The notes beneath the pieces are model-generated. The model was given only the letters and a program-made list of their open reading frames with translations. It was not told the DNA's origin and made no database searches. A DNA stretch of 61,323 nt, counting the filler. It is 5 parts of 5 records of this genome, joined end to end, with 100 filler letters (N's around TTAATTAATTAA, not from the genome) between each part and the next. Parts side by side here need not be neighbours in the genome. Positions count along the whole stretch, not along the records: positions 54,716 to 61,323 come from DRR723986_4050; 4 more parts are not named here. The stretch is one strand, 5' to 3'. Positions 60,414 through 61,323 of the stretch are shown one piece after another; position 1 is the first letter of the stretch; each line of letters starts with the position of its first letter. A program made the position numbers and the translations under genes.

Positions 60414-60961
60414 CGGCTCAGGCACTCCCGCAGTTGCAGCAGGCTGCGCCGCAGCCATGTGCGGACGGTGTTCAGCTTGACCCCGCTCGAGTCGGACAGC
60501 TCGGCGTAGGTCATGCCCTGCAGATAGGCGCGGCGCACCATCGACGCCCGCTCGTCGGGCAATTCGTCGAGGCAGGCGTTGAGCACGCGCGCCTCGTCAC
60601 GCTCCACCGCGCGGGCTTCGGGGCCCGGCTGCGGGTCGTAGAGACGCTCGGCGATCTCCACCGGCTCGGTCGCGGTGCCGTCGCGTCGCGCCTGGCGCAA
60701 CCGGTCGATCGCGGCGTTCCGCGTGATGGTGATGAGCCACGTCATGGGCGAATATCCGTTGGTCTTGTAGCTGTCCGCCCGGTGCCAGATCCGCAGGAAG
60801 ACCTCCTGCAGGACCTCTTCGGCCTGGGCATCGTCCCTCAAGACACGCGCCGCGATGCCGAAGAGTTTCGCCGAAGTCCTGTCGTAGAGTTCACGGAACG
60901 ATTTGCGATGCCCCATTGCGACCCGGGCAATCAGGGCCTCGATTTCTTCCTGAGGTGTCAT
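60410..60961 (-). CDS. ECF sigma factor, SigK-like
   Basis: LYDRTSAKLFG, AEEVLQEVF, WLITITRNAAIDRLR and NTVRTWLRRSL; ATGA overlap with the anti-sigma gene. Confidence 0.9.
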   Translation of the reverse strand: MTPQEEIEALIARVAMGHRKSFRELYDRTSAKLFGIAARVLRDDAQAEEVLQEVFLRIWHRADSYKTNGYSPMTWLITITRNAAIDRLRQARRDGTATEPVEIAERLYDPQPGPEARAVERDEARVLNACLDELPDERASMVRRAYLQGMTYAELSDSSGVKLNTVRTWLRRSLLQLRECLSR

Positions 60962-61053
60962 CTTTTCGTCTTGCCCGCTTCCCCTTGCCCCCCGTCCAGA
61001 TATGTTGCACCTACTGCAAGGCAATCGAGCTTGAACTGAAGGACGGTGCAACC

Positions 61054-61323
61054 ATGGCGGACGGCACGATCGATATCAACGCGAAACCGACCGAGGAGAT
61101 CTCTGTCCGCGAGGTCTTTGGAATCGACAGCGACATGGTCGTGCACGGGTTCCCGGACCGCACCGACCGGGTGCCGGATATCGACAGCACCTACAAGTTC
61201 GATCCCGACACGACGCTGGCGATCCTCGCGGGCTTCCGCAACAACCGCCGCGTGATGATCCAGGGCTATCACGGCACCGGCAAGTCGACCCACATCGAAC
61301 AGGTGGCGGCGCGGCTGAACTGG
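61054..61323 (+). CDS. cobS: Cobaltochelatase subunit CobS (3' truncated; absent from the ORF track)
   Basis: Translates to MADGTIDINAKP...FDPDTTLAILAGF.NNRRVMIQGYHGTGKSTHIEQVAARLNW. Confidence 0.93.
   Translation, partial: MADGTIDINAKPTEEISVREVFGIDSDMVVHGFPDRTDRVPDIDSTYKFDPDTTLAILAGFRNNRRVMIQGYHGTGKSTHIEQVAARLNW

Overview
This window is not one locus. It is five unrelated contigs joined by artificial 100-nt spacers (N44-TTAATTAATTAA-N44) at 11342-11441, 26798-26897, 40777-40876 and 54616-54715. Taxonomic labels are inferred from gene content and protein style. (1) 1-11341, Rhodobacteraceae-like: carB, a phaC-fabI-MaoC/Pta operon, a MarR-MFP-RND efflux operon and fabH. (2) 11442-26797, Hyphomicrobiales (Roseibium/Labrenzia-like): aapJ, metC, a lipid A remodelling operon (ArnT-like, LpxE, GT2, LAB_N), a phosphoesterase and a CAP lipoprotein. 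An accessory block then lies beside tRNA-Arg(UCU), with a stand-alone YcaO, two NHLP-like (nitrile-hydratase-leader-like) small proteins and a BTAD/TPR regulator. The ETC-I subunit, three hypothetical genes and a partial tRNA-Pro follow. (3) 26898-40776, Rhodobacteraceae-like: purL, coxE/coxD, a glycosyltransferase/sulfotransferase/FkbM operon, pyrC, pyrE and dnaB. (4) 40877-54615, planctomycete-like: ychF, an arylsulfotransferase-DUF1549/1553-DUF1501-ECF sigma run, cstA, a GAF-PP2C-like protein and DUF2314. (5) 54716-61323, high-GC Rhodobacteraceae-like: gor, M15 peptidase, rpiA, fused MFS/spermidine synthase, an ECF sigma/anti-sigma pair and cobS. The best candidate for an undescribed system is the minimal YcaO RiPP-like locus at about 19.1-23.8 kb. 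One NHLP-like protein carries a Cys-led tail (CFYEDVPE), its paralog stops exactly where that tail begins, and no E1/C protein, TfuA, dehydrogenase, protease or exporter is nearby. All family assignments come from motif recognition by eye; no searches were run.
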